Shown piece by piece: positions 25,210 through 37,274 of a stretch of DNA of 64,000 nucleotides; the first letter of the stretch is position 1, and each line of letters begins with the position of its first letter. A program made the translations under genes and the position numbers. The notes beneath the pieces are model-generated. The model made no database searches, was not told where the DNA came from, and worked only from the letters and a program-made list of their open reading frames with translations. Source of the stretch: Amoebophrya sp. A120 (lineage: Eukaryota; Protista; Dinoflagellata); NCBI GenBank assembly GCA_905178155.1, contig CAJINV010000007.1, positions 4,242,258 through 4,306,257 on the forward strand. The letters run 5' to 3'.

Positions 25210-28186
25210 TATGAGCCGTGGTGTGGAGCCAACCCAATCCCAAGTGGGACGGTTTCTGATTCTCCTCGACATGGTCGAATCTGGCGCTATGGGGACGACG
25301 ATGGCTTTAGCTGCCCGGGGGTCGAGTGGTTGAGACGGGGCGCCAACGAAGGTTTGACAGAGTTTACTAACAGACATTTTGATACTCCTGGCCTCTCCAC
25401 TAAAAAGCTCTGGCGTATGTCTTCTGTAAAGACGCTTACCCACTCCTTCGTGCAATGCCAGTGGCTGTGCTGATGAAGGTGATCAACTACGTGATCACTT
25501 ACTGCATCATCACCAGTGGTTGTGCTGATCACTTATGCCAGTGGTTGTGCTGATCACTTACTGCATCATGATCAATGAATCATGATGCAGGTGATAAACC
25601 TAAACGTACGTGATGTAGTTAATGCTATTGACATGTGGTCTGCACTCTGCAGCAGTTCGTTGCAATTGAATCGTGCCAGGCGCTCTTTACAGCCGACAAT
25701 GGACGCAAAGTGCCAACTCAGACTGATCGTGAACTCTAGCTGCGCGCGTGTGGAAGAAGAAATCCGTGCACGGGTGGCGGGTCACTACGGTTGGCTAGAT
25801 CCTCACAACCTTGGAAAGTACGAGTTTGTTGATCCCGCAGAGAACAAGCCAGTACGAAACCGAACAAGGCAAACCGCCACGTGTATTTAAGGAGGTCACC
25901 GCTGGTTCCTCAGCTCTCTTGTTATGTGTCTTCGTCCTCCTCGTGAAAAAAATGGATGCAAAAGATGGATGTAAGACTAGAACATCCTGACATGAAGAGT
26001 TTTTTTGGACTCGATTTGAAAATAGCATCCACGAAATCCAAATCGTGGTTTTGAAGAACAAGGCGGTCCAGGCGTTTTTGTTATGGTTTGTCTTGCTTTG
26101 CATAAATGCCGCCCGATGTTAAGGACTTGCCCAGGAATGACGAAGATCTTGGAGAGTTTCCTCTCCGCGACTCCGCAAACCCGGCGCAATTCCAGGTGAA
26201 GCGAACCACGAATACGATTGAGGAATTCGAGGACAAGCTGAATCTACAGCTTGTGGACATAGACTATCTTCACCACGATACGACCGAGGCCGTACCTCGG
26301 AAATGCCAGGTTTCGGGTTGCTCCGAATCGCAGGTGTTTTCAACGTCCGACCAGTCAACGAATTACTGCAATCTGCGAAATTTGATCTGTGGCAAAAAGG
26401 ACGGCTGTCCGTGGGTGTACTACGATGATTTCGAAATCGAAGCGACGACCTTTGAAAGAAAGGTCGGTCATAATGGCGAAAGGGAACCGAATCCGAAAAA
26501 TGACCCGTACAGCGAGTGCACGGAACATGACCCGAACATTTGCAAAAGCGGTGTCTACAAGAATGATGAAGCTACGTTCATGGTACAGGCCACGAACGAC
26601 AAATACCAGACTTCTTATACTTTCCGAGGCCGTCTAGGATTTCACAGGCAGATGCTCGAGGAAAAGGGTGCGTACATGACAAACCTGTACTGGATGACTC
26701 AAGTCCCTGAGACTTCTTCTGAAAAGCGGTTCTGGTCGAGCAGTACGCTCGAGCTGGTGGACGATGGATCGCCGTCGTCGTCAGATCTGGCTTCAGGCAC
26801 AGCAAACGCGGAAAACAATACACGCGGTGACGAAGTAGCCGCTGTCAAAACTTTGCCATCGACACTGTCTGGTGAGTCTGAGATAATTTGCTCTGCATAT
26901 TTTTTGCGAACGGAGAGTTTTGATCAAGCTGCGTCATTACTTATACATTTTTTTATTTTAATGGTGCAACGAGAGTCGACGTTGAAATTCAAATTTCAAC
27001 GCGTCAGTTATACCGGATCATTTGGTTTGTCATGCGCACGCGCATTACCATTACATCAGTAAGTTACTTAATGACGATGGCAGTTTTTTTCAGGATGCGA
27101 TCACTGGGATGACAAGGACATGACCAAGTCCAAGATTCGCGGACCTGCTGCCCCAACATCCTTTGCTGAAAGGCAAAAGGTGAAGGAACACGAAAAACTT
27201 CTCGGTAGTAAATTTTATTCCTGTTCTCATTCTACAGATTTTTGGTATTTACATATATGTTGAATTGATGGGCATGCAAATGCAGCATACATCACTTTTG
27301 TATGCATAAAGCTCACTTACTATTTGGTCTCTTGATCATCTTTCTTGTCGCGGGTTTGAAGTTGAACTTTTTTCCTTCAAAAAAGACTCAGCTTTGAGTT
27401 TCAAACACATCGCAGGGCTGTTGCGTGGCAACAAGACGAGACTCACTACATAAATAAATATACTACCTCCTGCTAATCAGGCTAATGCGGTTCATCGCAA
27501 ACTTGAATTATATCTGCAAGCGAGATGAACCAAATTTCGACAATGGGACAAAGAAGTTCAGGCGAAGCGCCGCAGTGAATAAGACTCGGGTACCACTCAT
27601 GAACGCGCACTCCGTTTCGTTCTTCTTTCCTTTATTGGGCATTCCGCGAACATTAGGATTCGGGTCAGAAGCAGCACGCCCGTATACCTAGTTTTTTTTC
27701 GGGAAGCAAGTGCCGAACTGGGCAGTTTCCGGCCTCTAAAACCTAGGCGCCTCGCTTTTTCTTTGCTGCATTTTATCTAGTGGCAAGTTACAGGACGAAT
27801 AGTGCAAGTGTGGCGCACTTAAGATGTTGCTGGCGCTGAGCAGTAACAATTTCGTATTGTGTTGCTGTCGCGCCGGGAAGGTCCTGCCGCGTCCGTTCCC
27901 TCGGTACGCGTGCCGCAGGGCGGTGGCGCAGCTGAGACGTTTCGCTTCTGTGTTGATCTTGATGATTATTTACGGCGCGATCTCTTGTTCATGAAGAACA
28001 TGCTCGCCCTACATTTGCAGCTGCAATAGATGCTGCAAAGTATAAATATTCATCTCTCACACAGGACTACAAGGACATGGCAACGAGGAAATGAAGAAGG
28101 CCGACGACAATGTCGCAGCACCTTCAACTTCCTCCGGGGACAGGGAGAAGGAGGAATTTCTCGAGAAGGAACATCGAGGCGAATGA
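25210..28186 (+). CDS. Cys-rich 'DPHN/STNYCN' family paralogue 2 (multi-exon, 5' end unresolved)
   Basis: WRYGDDDGFSCPG (~25280-25320); MDAKCQL...CARVEEEIRARVAGHYGWLDPHNLGKY (~25700-25820); FEDKL...CQVSGCSESQV...STNYCNLRNLICGKKDGCP...CTEHDPNIC (26106 ORF). Phase-1 GT-AG introns 26872-27093 and 27205-28064 lead to a stop at 28184-28186. Confidence 0.7.
25457..25575. repeat. Short patchwork repeat (CCAGTGGTTGTGCTGATCACTTA and GATCACTTACTGCATCAT units) in a probable intron
   Basis: Three CCAGTGGyTGTGCTGAT copies and two GATCACTTACTGCATCAT copies are visible. Confidence 0.75.
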
Positions 28187-29908
28187 ACGAGCACACGAAC
28201 ACCGACGAGAGAAGATGTTGTGATGTAGACGAGCAGCTAGCTGAATAAACGCTCGAAGCCCGTCACTCGGGAGGAGTAGAGTAGCATAGATATGGGTTTT
28301 GTGGGTTAGGATTAGTGAGGTTTCGACAAGAATGACAAGGTTTGTTTGTTTTAAGTTGACAAGAGTTAGTAGAGTGCATGGACTATTAATTTTGCGATTG
28401 AGCTATTTCTTTTCGAGTTTATTTGTTCAGGTTTCTTTTTTCAAGCTCATAGGCCATAGCCTAGCGATCAGGATGAGGAGAACATCCAAAGGACGACGGT
28501 CGTAATTTGTTCAGGGAAACAATCACAGCAGTACTACGAATTGTCTGAAAAATCAGTTTTTGACACACGACCACCCCTCGCGGCGGGCGTAAGATGAAGA
28601 ATTCCGACGAAATCTGTTTTGAATTTTGAACGTTCCGACGCGGTGTTGAGGAGAACAAAAAAGGCGCAAAAATTATGCCGACTAGTCAAGACGCATTGAC
28701 AAAGCGAATTCAGCGCCTCCTGCTATTTTTTTTTCACATTTTTGTTTTTCTTTTTCAACTTTGACATTTCAGATTATTTTTTAGCGTTAAAATCTTGATC
28801 TTCTCTTCTCTAGTTCTACTAACGAAGCTTACAAAAAGGTATTCCGCTGTTGAATTATTCTTTTGCTTTTTCCCCGTTTTGCATTTTATACTCTTGTTAT
28901 TGCTTTCGCTTATTTTTCACTGAATTAAATTTGATTTACTTTTACAACATAGGTTTAGGCCTGTCACGTCCTGCTTCGTTTTCTGCTTATTTTTTTGAAG
29001 TCTTTTTTTTTTATTCTTTGTCTTTTTAATGCATTCAAATGAAAAACGAAAACAAGTGACTACCGAAACTTATTGGCATTTCGATTTCCTTACTGATACC
29101 GAAAAGAAAATACTTAATTTTTGAATATAATCGATTACACGACGGAGGGCCCGATGAAAAATTGAGCGACATGAATATAAATCCGATAAATCAAAAATGA
29201 GTCTGTAGCTTGTGCCTGCACGACGAGAAAGGAGAAGATATATCAAATACCTCCGGAAAGTGAAACAAACAATTACAATTTTCAACGGCCTAAATCAAGA
29301 AGTGAAAGGGTGAACAAAGAAAGTCACAGCGGAATTGATGTAGGCTTCTACGCAATCGTAGTCCTGTGTGTTCGGTGCCTAACCGCCTCTGTATACAGTT
29401 TTTCATGCTTGTTATTTTTGCCTTTCAGTCAACATCGGCGAGAAGAGAAAAACCAAAAGACCAGACCGATGTGGAGGAGGTTTGGCCAAATAAACAAGTA
29501 AAGATTACAGAACAACTGTTGGAAGATCATAGTCCTGAAGAGGTTCCAACTTCACCGAGTCCTCCGTACTAACAAGCACTCACATTTTTACGCAACAGAA
29601 GAAGAAGAACGGTAACGGCTTGAAAGTTACAATGGAGCCTCTCATTTTCGGTCGCAGGTCCGACTCAGGAATGAGAATCAACATGTAGCCAGCGCCCTTT
29701 CCTCTTTTATTCAAGTGACTGACGTACGTGTGTAATTTTGTTTTCTTTTGACATGTAGACGTAGAGTAGGACAATTACGCACCAACTTCTTTACGAACGA
29801 GCGATACGTCGCTTGATCGCAAAAAGCGTTTTCCGTTTCCTGCTGTAGCTTGTTCCTACGGCATCAACAAACTTGACTTTTGCAGCTTCATTGTCCTTGC
29901 TGAAAACG

Positions 29909-32332
29909 ATGACGTCCAGCACGTCTCATCTTTCAGCTTCAGCAGAAAAATCAGACGCACGATCCCCACGCCATGCTGCAGCCGAACAAAGTCGAGGCTT
30001 CTCATGCCGATCGCTGCAGTTGATGTTCCTCGGTAGTGCTGCGTTGTTTGATTTTTACGAAAGCGGCAATTTTTTCCGTCTGGATGGAAGAGGAAGAGCA
30101 GCAGCTACTTTTACGTCGTTCCCTATGGCCGCTGCAGCAATGCCACCTTCGAAGACCACGAGCGCAGTAGCTGCAAAGACTCGGACCAATAATTTGCGGC
30201 CGCGCCGCGAACGTGATCGGCGATTGTCGGATGGCAACGTTGTTGCCGACACAACAGCCGCAAACTCGCCAGGTCCTCGAGCAACAAACGACAAAAACGA
30301 GCAAGAAGACGAAACCACTGCTAGAAGTGCCAAAAACAAATGGCAGCGTAATAAAGACCTCCGTACAACAAGCGCTCCTGCCCCCGATGCTCGGATTTCC
30401 ACACTGCAACTGCCTTTCTTCTCCTGGTTCTTCCGTGGAGGCGTACCAACGGCAAAAACGATGTCTCAGCTCTCTGGAAAAGTGTATCGCACTATTCACA
30501 GAAACAGTAACAAACTGTGTGCTATTTGCTTTTTCTGCTTGAGCAAGTAGCCGCGAACCAAGCTTGCATGGCGAAGCGCCCTCCGGGAAGCTATTGACTC
30601 CGTAGCCTTTATTGAATTGCCTGGCACTTCTATTAAGTTCGAAGTCGAACTAAGCATCAGTCGACGCAAGAAAGTTACTGGCGCCCGCGCCCCGCGACTC
30701 TCTAGTCCAGACGAGATGAAGTGACATGTTTGTCGTGTTTCATAACATTACGGCGGAAAGAACGAGAAGGACTATTTCAATTGTCCCTCGTCCCCGGCCT
30801 GGGTTCACGCGAAGTGCCAGCTCGAAGTCCCGAAAATCCAAGAATCTTGTGATCAAGTGGAGAAAGAGATTTTGGGCGTATCGTGTGCGAAAACGACACT
30901 GCTTGATAAATGCCGTGCTGTAGCTGTAGATGTATGGCAACATCAGAGTCATTTCGTGCTCAAGCGTAGAACCGAAAATTTCTCAAGCAAATAAAGAGTC
31001 GTGCTATAATAAGCACCATGGACTAGTAGCAGGGAGCAAGCCATAGGCTACAGTCAAGTAGTGTTTGTCGCACGTGATACGCACGTGTTTCGGGGGAGAA
31101 CGGCTGGACGGATCCGCATAACAACGGGAATTACAAGCTGCTCGAGAAACCGAGCAACACGAAGCCGGATTTTATCATGAGGAAAAGCAGCACCACCACA
31201 GGACGACTGCTCTAACTCCTGTCATGCTGTTATTCTCTCAGAAAGGTAATAAATGGTCTGCTGCGACGAGCACTAGGAAGCGATAGCGTTTACGGTATGC
31301 ACACGACGTCGAGGAGTCTACTTATGCATGAGCTGTTGACCACCATTCATGAGCACCAGATCCAGAATAATGCGAATAGAGATAGAGATTTAGATGACGA
31401 CTACATGTTGTTTGGAGTAGAAGTGGAAGAACCACGTCAAGATAGAGCATATTCGTCCAACCTGTGGTCCCGTCACGTTCTTTTTTCTTTCCATACCCGC
31501 CGGTGACCGCCAAGCAGAAACAATCCGGCAAATCAAGTTGCAGCGCACGACCGGGAATGGGCGGTACACGGACAAGCTAACCTTCACCCTGGTCGACGTC
31601 GAAAGTAAGAAGATAGATCGCCAAACATTATACGGTGCCTCCTGCGCCGTCTATGGTTGTTCGGAGTCCCAGGTGACCTCGGTTCTGGATTTTTCCACGA
31701 ACTTCTGCAATTTGCGGAACTTGTTGTGCGGGAAGGACGTGAGTTGTCCGGTCGCCAGCCAGTCTTTCAACATCGACTGGGCAGGGCTGGACTACGGCTC
31801 CTGCAGTCAACACCAGGACGCGAATTGCATCAACGCCGGGGATGTTGAAGATGGTTCTGCTGCTGGTGGTCGCGAAAATGCGAGTAGTGGGGCTGATATT
31901 AAAAGTACAACATCATCATCCACAGCGAGCAAAGCAGAGGTCGGTACAACTGGAGGTGGCGCAGCTGCTGCAGATTCCGGCACCACGAAGGAGCTGAAAA
32001 ATGTTGTGGATCAAGATAACAAGCGGATACAACTCGCCGAATATGAAAAGCAAAAAAGCAGAGACACAAATGCAGAACCCGCACACCCCCAGAACTCTGA
32101 CGAGGTCGCAGATAGAAGCCAAGAAGTAGAGTCTTCGTCATCGTCCAGCATGATCGAATTGGTCCACGACGGACCGGGAAGTAGTCCACCTGGGAACACG
32201 AACCCGCTGTCTTTCCCAAGCCGGAGTTCTACTCACACCACTAAAAACACAATGGTGGCCTCCCCTGGGGAAGAAGATCGACGAGAGGGTGAATCGTTGT
32301 CCGCAGCGCAGTACGTTGAGGAACTTGGTTAA
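29909..32332 (+). CDS. Cys-rich 'DPHN/STNYCN' family paralogue 3 (multi-exon)
   Basis: N-terminal ORF with hydrophobic patch (LQLMFLGSAALF); then DYFNCPSSPAWVHAKCQLEVPKIQESCDQVEKEIL (~30770-30875); ARVSGENGWTDPHNNGNY (31081-31135); QRTTGNGRYTDKLTF...CAVYGCSESQVTSVLDFSTNFCNLRNLLCG...GLDYGSCSQHQDANC. Confidence 0.8.
30875..31081 (+). mobile_element. Non-canonical ~206-nt intron with terminal inverted repeats (introner-like)
   Basis: Left GCGTATCGTGTGCGAAAACGACACT against right AGTGTTTGTCGCACGTGATACGC. Removal restores EIL-ARVSG, matching EIRARVAG of paralogue 2. No AG at the 3' end. Confidence 0.75.
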
Positions 32333-32424
32333 TGGTCTGGGTAGATCACCATCATCATCGTCATCTTTTTTCTTGTTGCAGCGAGAAAAGTGTCTCTGAC
32401 CACTTTTATTTCTCAATAATGTTA

Positions 32425-33239
32425 GGGTGGGGTCACACCGCTTTACGTGTCTCACGCGTGAGAACGGCGGGGGGCCGCCCGCCGATCTCACGCAAAGCTA
32501 GCAGATCCTGGCTGGGGATCCGCGGCTGGCTTTTCTTCGTCGGCCGCCCCACCGGCTCGGCCGAGCTGGAACATACAGGCGCATCTTTGGACAAAGTGCC
32601 ATGTTTTAAGTAGTTTTTTTTGTTGCTGCGAATTTTTCAAGCCATCACGCGCCGCGTTATTTTTTGCACATTGTCGCCACGCGTTTTGCTTTGGTGCATT
32701 GAGCAAGGCACACACCATGCGCGCCACTTGCTGCGTGCGCCGCTTCGCCTAGTAACTAACGCAACAGACACACACAACCTGGCGCTTCGCTGAAACCGAC
32801 ATAAGAAGCCGCGCGCAAAGTACAGCAATGCGTCGGGGGCTCTATTGCGTTGATTCTCAACGCAGCCCACCTCTCACGAAACAGAAATGCGCAGCGCCGC
32901 CCTATGTAATATTCCCACCGACGCTGTTCGCCACTTTACAGATAAAGTGGCCCCGATCCTCGCATGCTCCTCACAGTCACCGAGCTGGCGCGAGTTGCTA
33001 CTGTGGGCGCGTGGCTGGCAATGTAAAGCTTCAAAAAAGCGGCTCCGATAGTGATACTTTGCTGAGTGATGCATCTTGTTGCCCGTGTCGCCGGGGGGGG
33101 GGGCCAGCGGACCAGCCGATCAAACAAAGCCAGCAGATCCCCAGGCACGATCTGCTGACTTTGCGTGAGATTGGCGGACGGGCGGGCGGCCCCCCGCCGG
33201 TCTCACGCGTGAGACACGTGAAGCGGTGTGACCCCACCC
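32425..33239. mobile_element. 815-bp MITE, PIF/Harbinger (Tourist)-like
   Basis: TIRs start GGGTGGGGTCACACCGC; the first ~59 nt have only 2 mismatches and similarity extends to ~100 nt. TTA flanks both sides (32422-32424, 33240-33242). No transposase ORF. Confidence 0.9.
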
Positions 33240-34120
33240 TTATTGGAAGATGCACACGGACGCGAATCCTGTTCAAATGCGAATAAAGAACGAAATTACG
33301 AGGAACGACTAGGGCAATCTTGTGGCGAATTTCCTAAACGACCAGATACCAGAGTTTGTACGGCCTAAAAATTGCCGCGCCTACCTTGTTGTTGAGGAGA
33401 AAACGATCTTACTTTTTGAACGCACATGAGTTTCAAGACAAGCTGGGGAACTATCAGTATGATTTTTTGAAGAAGAAAAACAAAAACAAAAATCTGCGAG
33501 AATATCGATGAGAAGTACGTACTTGTTTCCTCTGTCTTGGACAAGGACGACGTTGGACGGTGTCCCAGCGTGGTGTTTTCCCATACCTAGCGAAAGCGTA
33601 TCGAGGATCCTCAGCGAAAAAAAATCAGGACGGAAATAAGAAGCAAGCGTAACGAGCACGGCAGATAAGTCAATCGGACCAGATGAGCACGAGGAGCGCT
33701 AGTACATTGAAATTTAACAACGCACAGCGGATACGCGGCCGTTATTTTTGTTGAGTTGGTAGAGCTGGAAGAGGTAGTGAAACCTCAGAGATCTTCGACA
33801 CCATTTTCGCTCTCAGCCGTTTGTCGTTGCCTGCGCCCTGCTCCCGTATTTACCTCAGTATTGAGTCGCGTTTTGGCGCTCCTTTCTTGAGGTCGTTTGC
33901 TAGTACTAGTAGTACTCCTCGTGAGCTGCACAAGAATATCTCGGCAGCAACCGTCACTAAGCATAGCAGCAAGCACAATCACCTTCTGAAAGTTGCACGC
34001 TTGAGGCAGCAACAGCAAGAAGAGCATTTCCTTCCTAGAAAGAACGTGGATATAATTCACGCTGAAGATTTCAGAACGAACTACGATCATTTAACTCGCG
34101 GCACTTTTCTCAAAAACAAA

Positions 34121-36357
34121 ATGTTCGGAAACAATTTTGGCGGAGGCTCCTCCATGTTCCAGAGCAATCCGTTTGGAGTACAACCAGCACCAGGAACAAC
34201 AACTAGCAACCCGGCCGGGTCGGCAGCAGCAGCAACGTCTTCATCTCCAAGCGCAAAGCGGCAGAAGCTCGACACCAGCAGCGTAGCGGCAGCAGCTCCG
34301 GCGCTTCTCCCGCCGATTCCGAAGGAGCAGGCCGCGCCGCAGCATGTCGACGCGAACCAGCTGGCGGTGCTGGAGGACAAAAATGATCCGCTCGGCCCCC
34401 TGCAGCCGGGCCAGTCGACTAGCGTGCAGGGTTCGGGAACGTCTGTGTACACCATCGAGCGGAAAGGCGGAGCCACGATCGAGGCCGGCGCCTACTACCA
34501 GTGCAGCTGTCCGGCGTTCAAATTTTCGAATAAGGCGAATAAGGGGAAGCCGTGGGCGGCCCGGACCTGCAAGCATTTGCAAAAACTGCGGGGCATGGAC
34601 CGGGAAGAGCAACGAATCCGAGACTGGATGGCCTTGCACGGTGCGGGCGGGGCGAAAGTCAGCGGTGGCGCGGGTGAGGATGGTCTTGGGGAGAAAGCGG
34701 TCAAGCCGGCGAAGGCCAAGGCCAAAGCAAAGGCTGGGGCTGCGGCGGCAAAGAAGCGTACTTACGTTAATATTTTTTTACATGATATAGTTAAAGATGC
34801 GTAGTCTGCTTGTTCTTTCAGCTGTCTTTTACCTGTTTGCTTTCTTCTGTCGCCATGATGTACTCAGCGTGCGGCCATTTTTTGGTGCAAGGCAAAGCCA
34901 AAGTTTGTATCAATCTGTAGCTGTTCCTGTTCGACGAAGAACTAGCACTGTCACAGAACAACCACCGACCCAATTTTTCAACAGGCGCCCGCAAGTCCGA
35001 CGACCAAGTTGTGGATGAAGCAGCGGACAACAAGGATGGTGAGGAGGAGGAGGGTGCTGTCGCTCTGCTGCTCGCGCAGACCTGGAATCCCGCCACGCAC
35101 GACGTGACGAACTACTGGGCGTCGGAGAAGCTCGATGGCGTCCGGGCGTATTGGGACAACGAGCAACAGAAGTTCTTCTCCCGGGCCGGGAACGTGTTTC
35201 ACGCCCCGAAATTCTTCACTGATGCGTTGCCGAAGTCACACAAACTCGACGGGGAATTGTTTCTCGGGCGGAAGAAATTCCAAGAGTGCGTCTCGACCGT
35301 CAGAAAGCATGTGCCGCTGGAATATCCTCTGGGGAAGATTTTTTTTCATGGTTTGACAAGCTCCTGCTACTCGAGTTGATAGTTTTGTCATACGTGCAAC
35401 GAACTACGGCTGGTCATGCAGAAAAGTGTACGCTTGCAGCAGGGGTTTTGTTGAACAAGAACTCTGTAGAGTAAGCATACGTGTGTAGGTGGAGGGGACC
35501 CCTCATTTGTTCGCTGCAACAACCCGAAAGAACTGATCCTAAGAATAAGATTGCAGTACTAAAATAAGAGTACTCTTTGTGAAGACAACCAGCAGGACTC
35601 ACTACAGTCCTTGAGCTTGGATTCAAACCAGGAGGAATTTCCCCCCGGCGATACCTACCACGAGTGGCGACGGATGAAATACATGGTTTTCGACGTGGTC
35701 GATGAAAGCCTGCGTTTCGAAGAGCGCATGGCATTGGCGAAAAAGCTTCTCGCAGCCCAAAATAGCACTAGCAACAACCCTTCATACGCGGTTTTCCACG
35801 AGCACACGCAGCTGAAACTCAGCGGAGCCACCACGAATCCACCCGGGGAACAACTACAACCTCCGACGAGCAAAAGTCCCAGCTCCAGCTCGAAAACCAC
35901 GACTACTACTGCGACGGCCGCAGCAGGAGCAAAATCGTCGAAAACGAACAACCCACCGAACAACCCGCTGAAGGACAAGGTGAATGAAATCGTGTTCGCG
36001 ATGCTCAAGAAGGTCGAGCAGGACGGCGGCGAGGGCTTGATGCTGCGCGAGCCGAACTCCTTGTATGAGCGGAAGCGGTCCAACACCTTGCTGAAGGTGA
36101 AAACATTTTTCGACCTGGACGCGACGGTCGTCAGAATCGAGCAGGGCGCGGGCAAACACAAGAACCGGATGGGCGCGCTCGTGTGTAAGGACGCGATGAA
36201 CAGGAGCATCGAGTTCAAAGTCGGAACGGGGTTTACGGACGAAATGCGCGAGAACCCACCACCAGTGGGGAGTTTGATCACGGTGAAGTACCAGGAAAAA
36301 ACGAAGGACGGAAAACCAAGATTTCCGGTCTTCATGCGGGTAAGGACGGATAAGTAG
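34121..36357 (+). CDS. ATP-dependent DNA ligase (minimal bacterial/phage-like adenylation + OB domains) with an N-terminal SWIM-type zinc finger; 3 exons (34121-34757, 34985-~35316, ~35632/35650-36357)
   Basis: SWIM CxC...CxH (YQCSCPAF...RTCKHL). Ligase motifs: I EKLDGVR, III LDGEL, IIIa YMVFD, IV EGLMLR, V LLKVK; OB fold FKVGTGFTD; motif VI PRFPVFMRVRTDK. Intron 1 is GT-AG phase 1 (34758-34984). Confidence 0.93.
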
Positions 36358-37274
36358 GAGCGAGAGCAGATTAGAGGATTTCTGATCAGCATAAACTACC
36401 TAATAAAGGCTCTTGCGAAGGAAGACCGTTGGCGTTGCTGTACGTAGGTTGTATTCACATCTTTAACAAATGAGAAAGAACTTCATGGTAATCGTATGTA
36501 CAACGCGTATCAAAAAACAACAAAGGCGAGAGATTCGGAAACAGCGTGCGTGTTTACGTCTGGTAACGTGCGCAGATTCCTGCTGCGCGATCGCGAGCTT
36601 GACAATGCTATGTAGGCTTTCCTGTTCAATCATGTAAATGTTGGAGCTTTACATGAACTTGATCTTGATCGATCTCCGATTGGTTCGTCGGCGTAAGCAG
36701 GTTGAAAAGCTGGTCAGATTAGCTCACATTTCATTTGAAGCGCAGATCCAGCTTTTTTTATCGGCTCGCTCAGCACCAAGGTTTGGCGATTTCTCGAGCA
36801 CGCCTTTGTTTTCACTTTTGGAGAAAGAAGATGCAGCGTAATTGATCCTTCGTTCGCACATCATACGAATGCGTTTTCTCCTTACTTTTACTACTCTAGA
36901 ACCAGATGCACGAGGATGCGAGCTATTTCTCGTTGCTTTCATGTATTTTCCGTTTGTACCTGAAAAAATATTATATGGACAGGACGGTGATAAACAAAAC
37001 ATCGACATTTTCTATCGTTGCAACACAATCAATTATTGGCCTTTATTGCGTCACCTGCGTCCTTCTTCCGGAACCAAAAAAGCTTTTACCCACAATATTT
37101 TTTTGCAGCCTAGGCGCAGCAAGCAACGCCTCTTGGTCTTGTGCACTAGAGACAGCACCTGCAGGAGCACCTCCGACGTAAGTCTCGTCGTGTCATGATT
37201 TCCAGTTCATGCATTTGCATTCCTTCCTGCACGTATAATACGTATCTGAGCCCTGTTGGTACACAAGCAACACA

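Noticed and set aside
33821-36357. Ligase as bacterial contamination or as a frameshifted pseudogene
   Set aside because: It has a clean GT-AG intron, host-like low-complexity inserts and intact catalytic motifs
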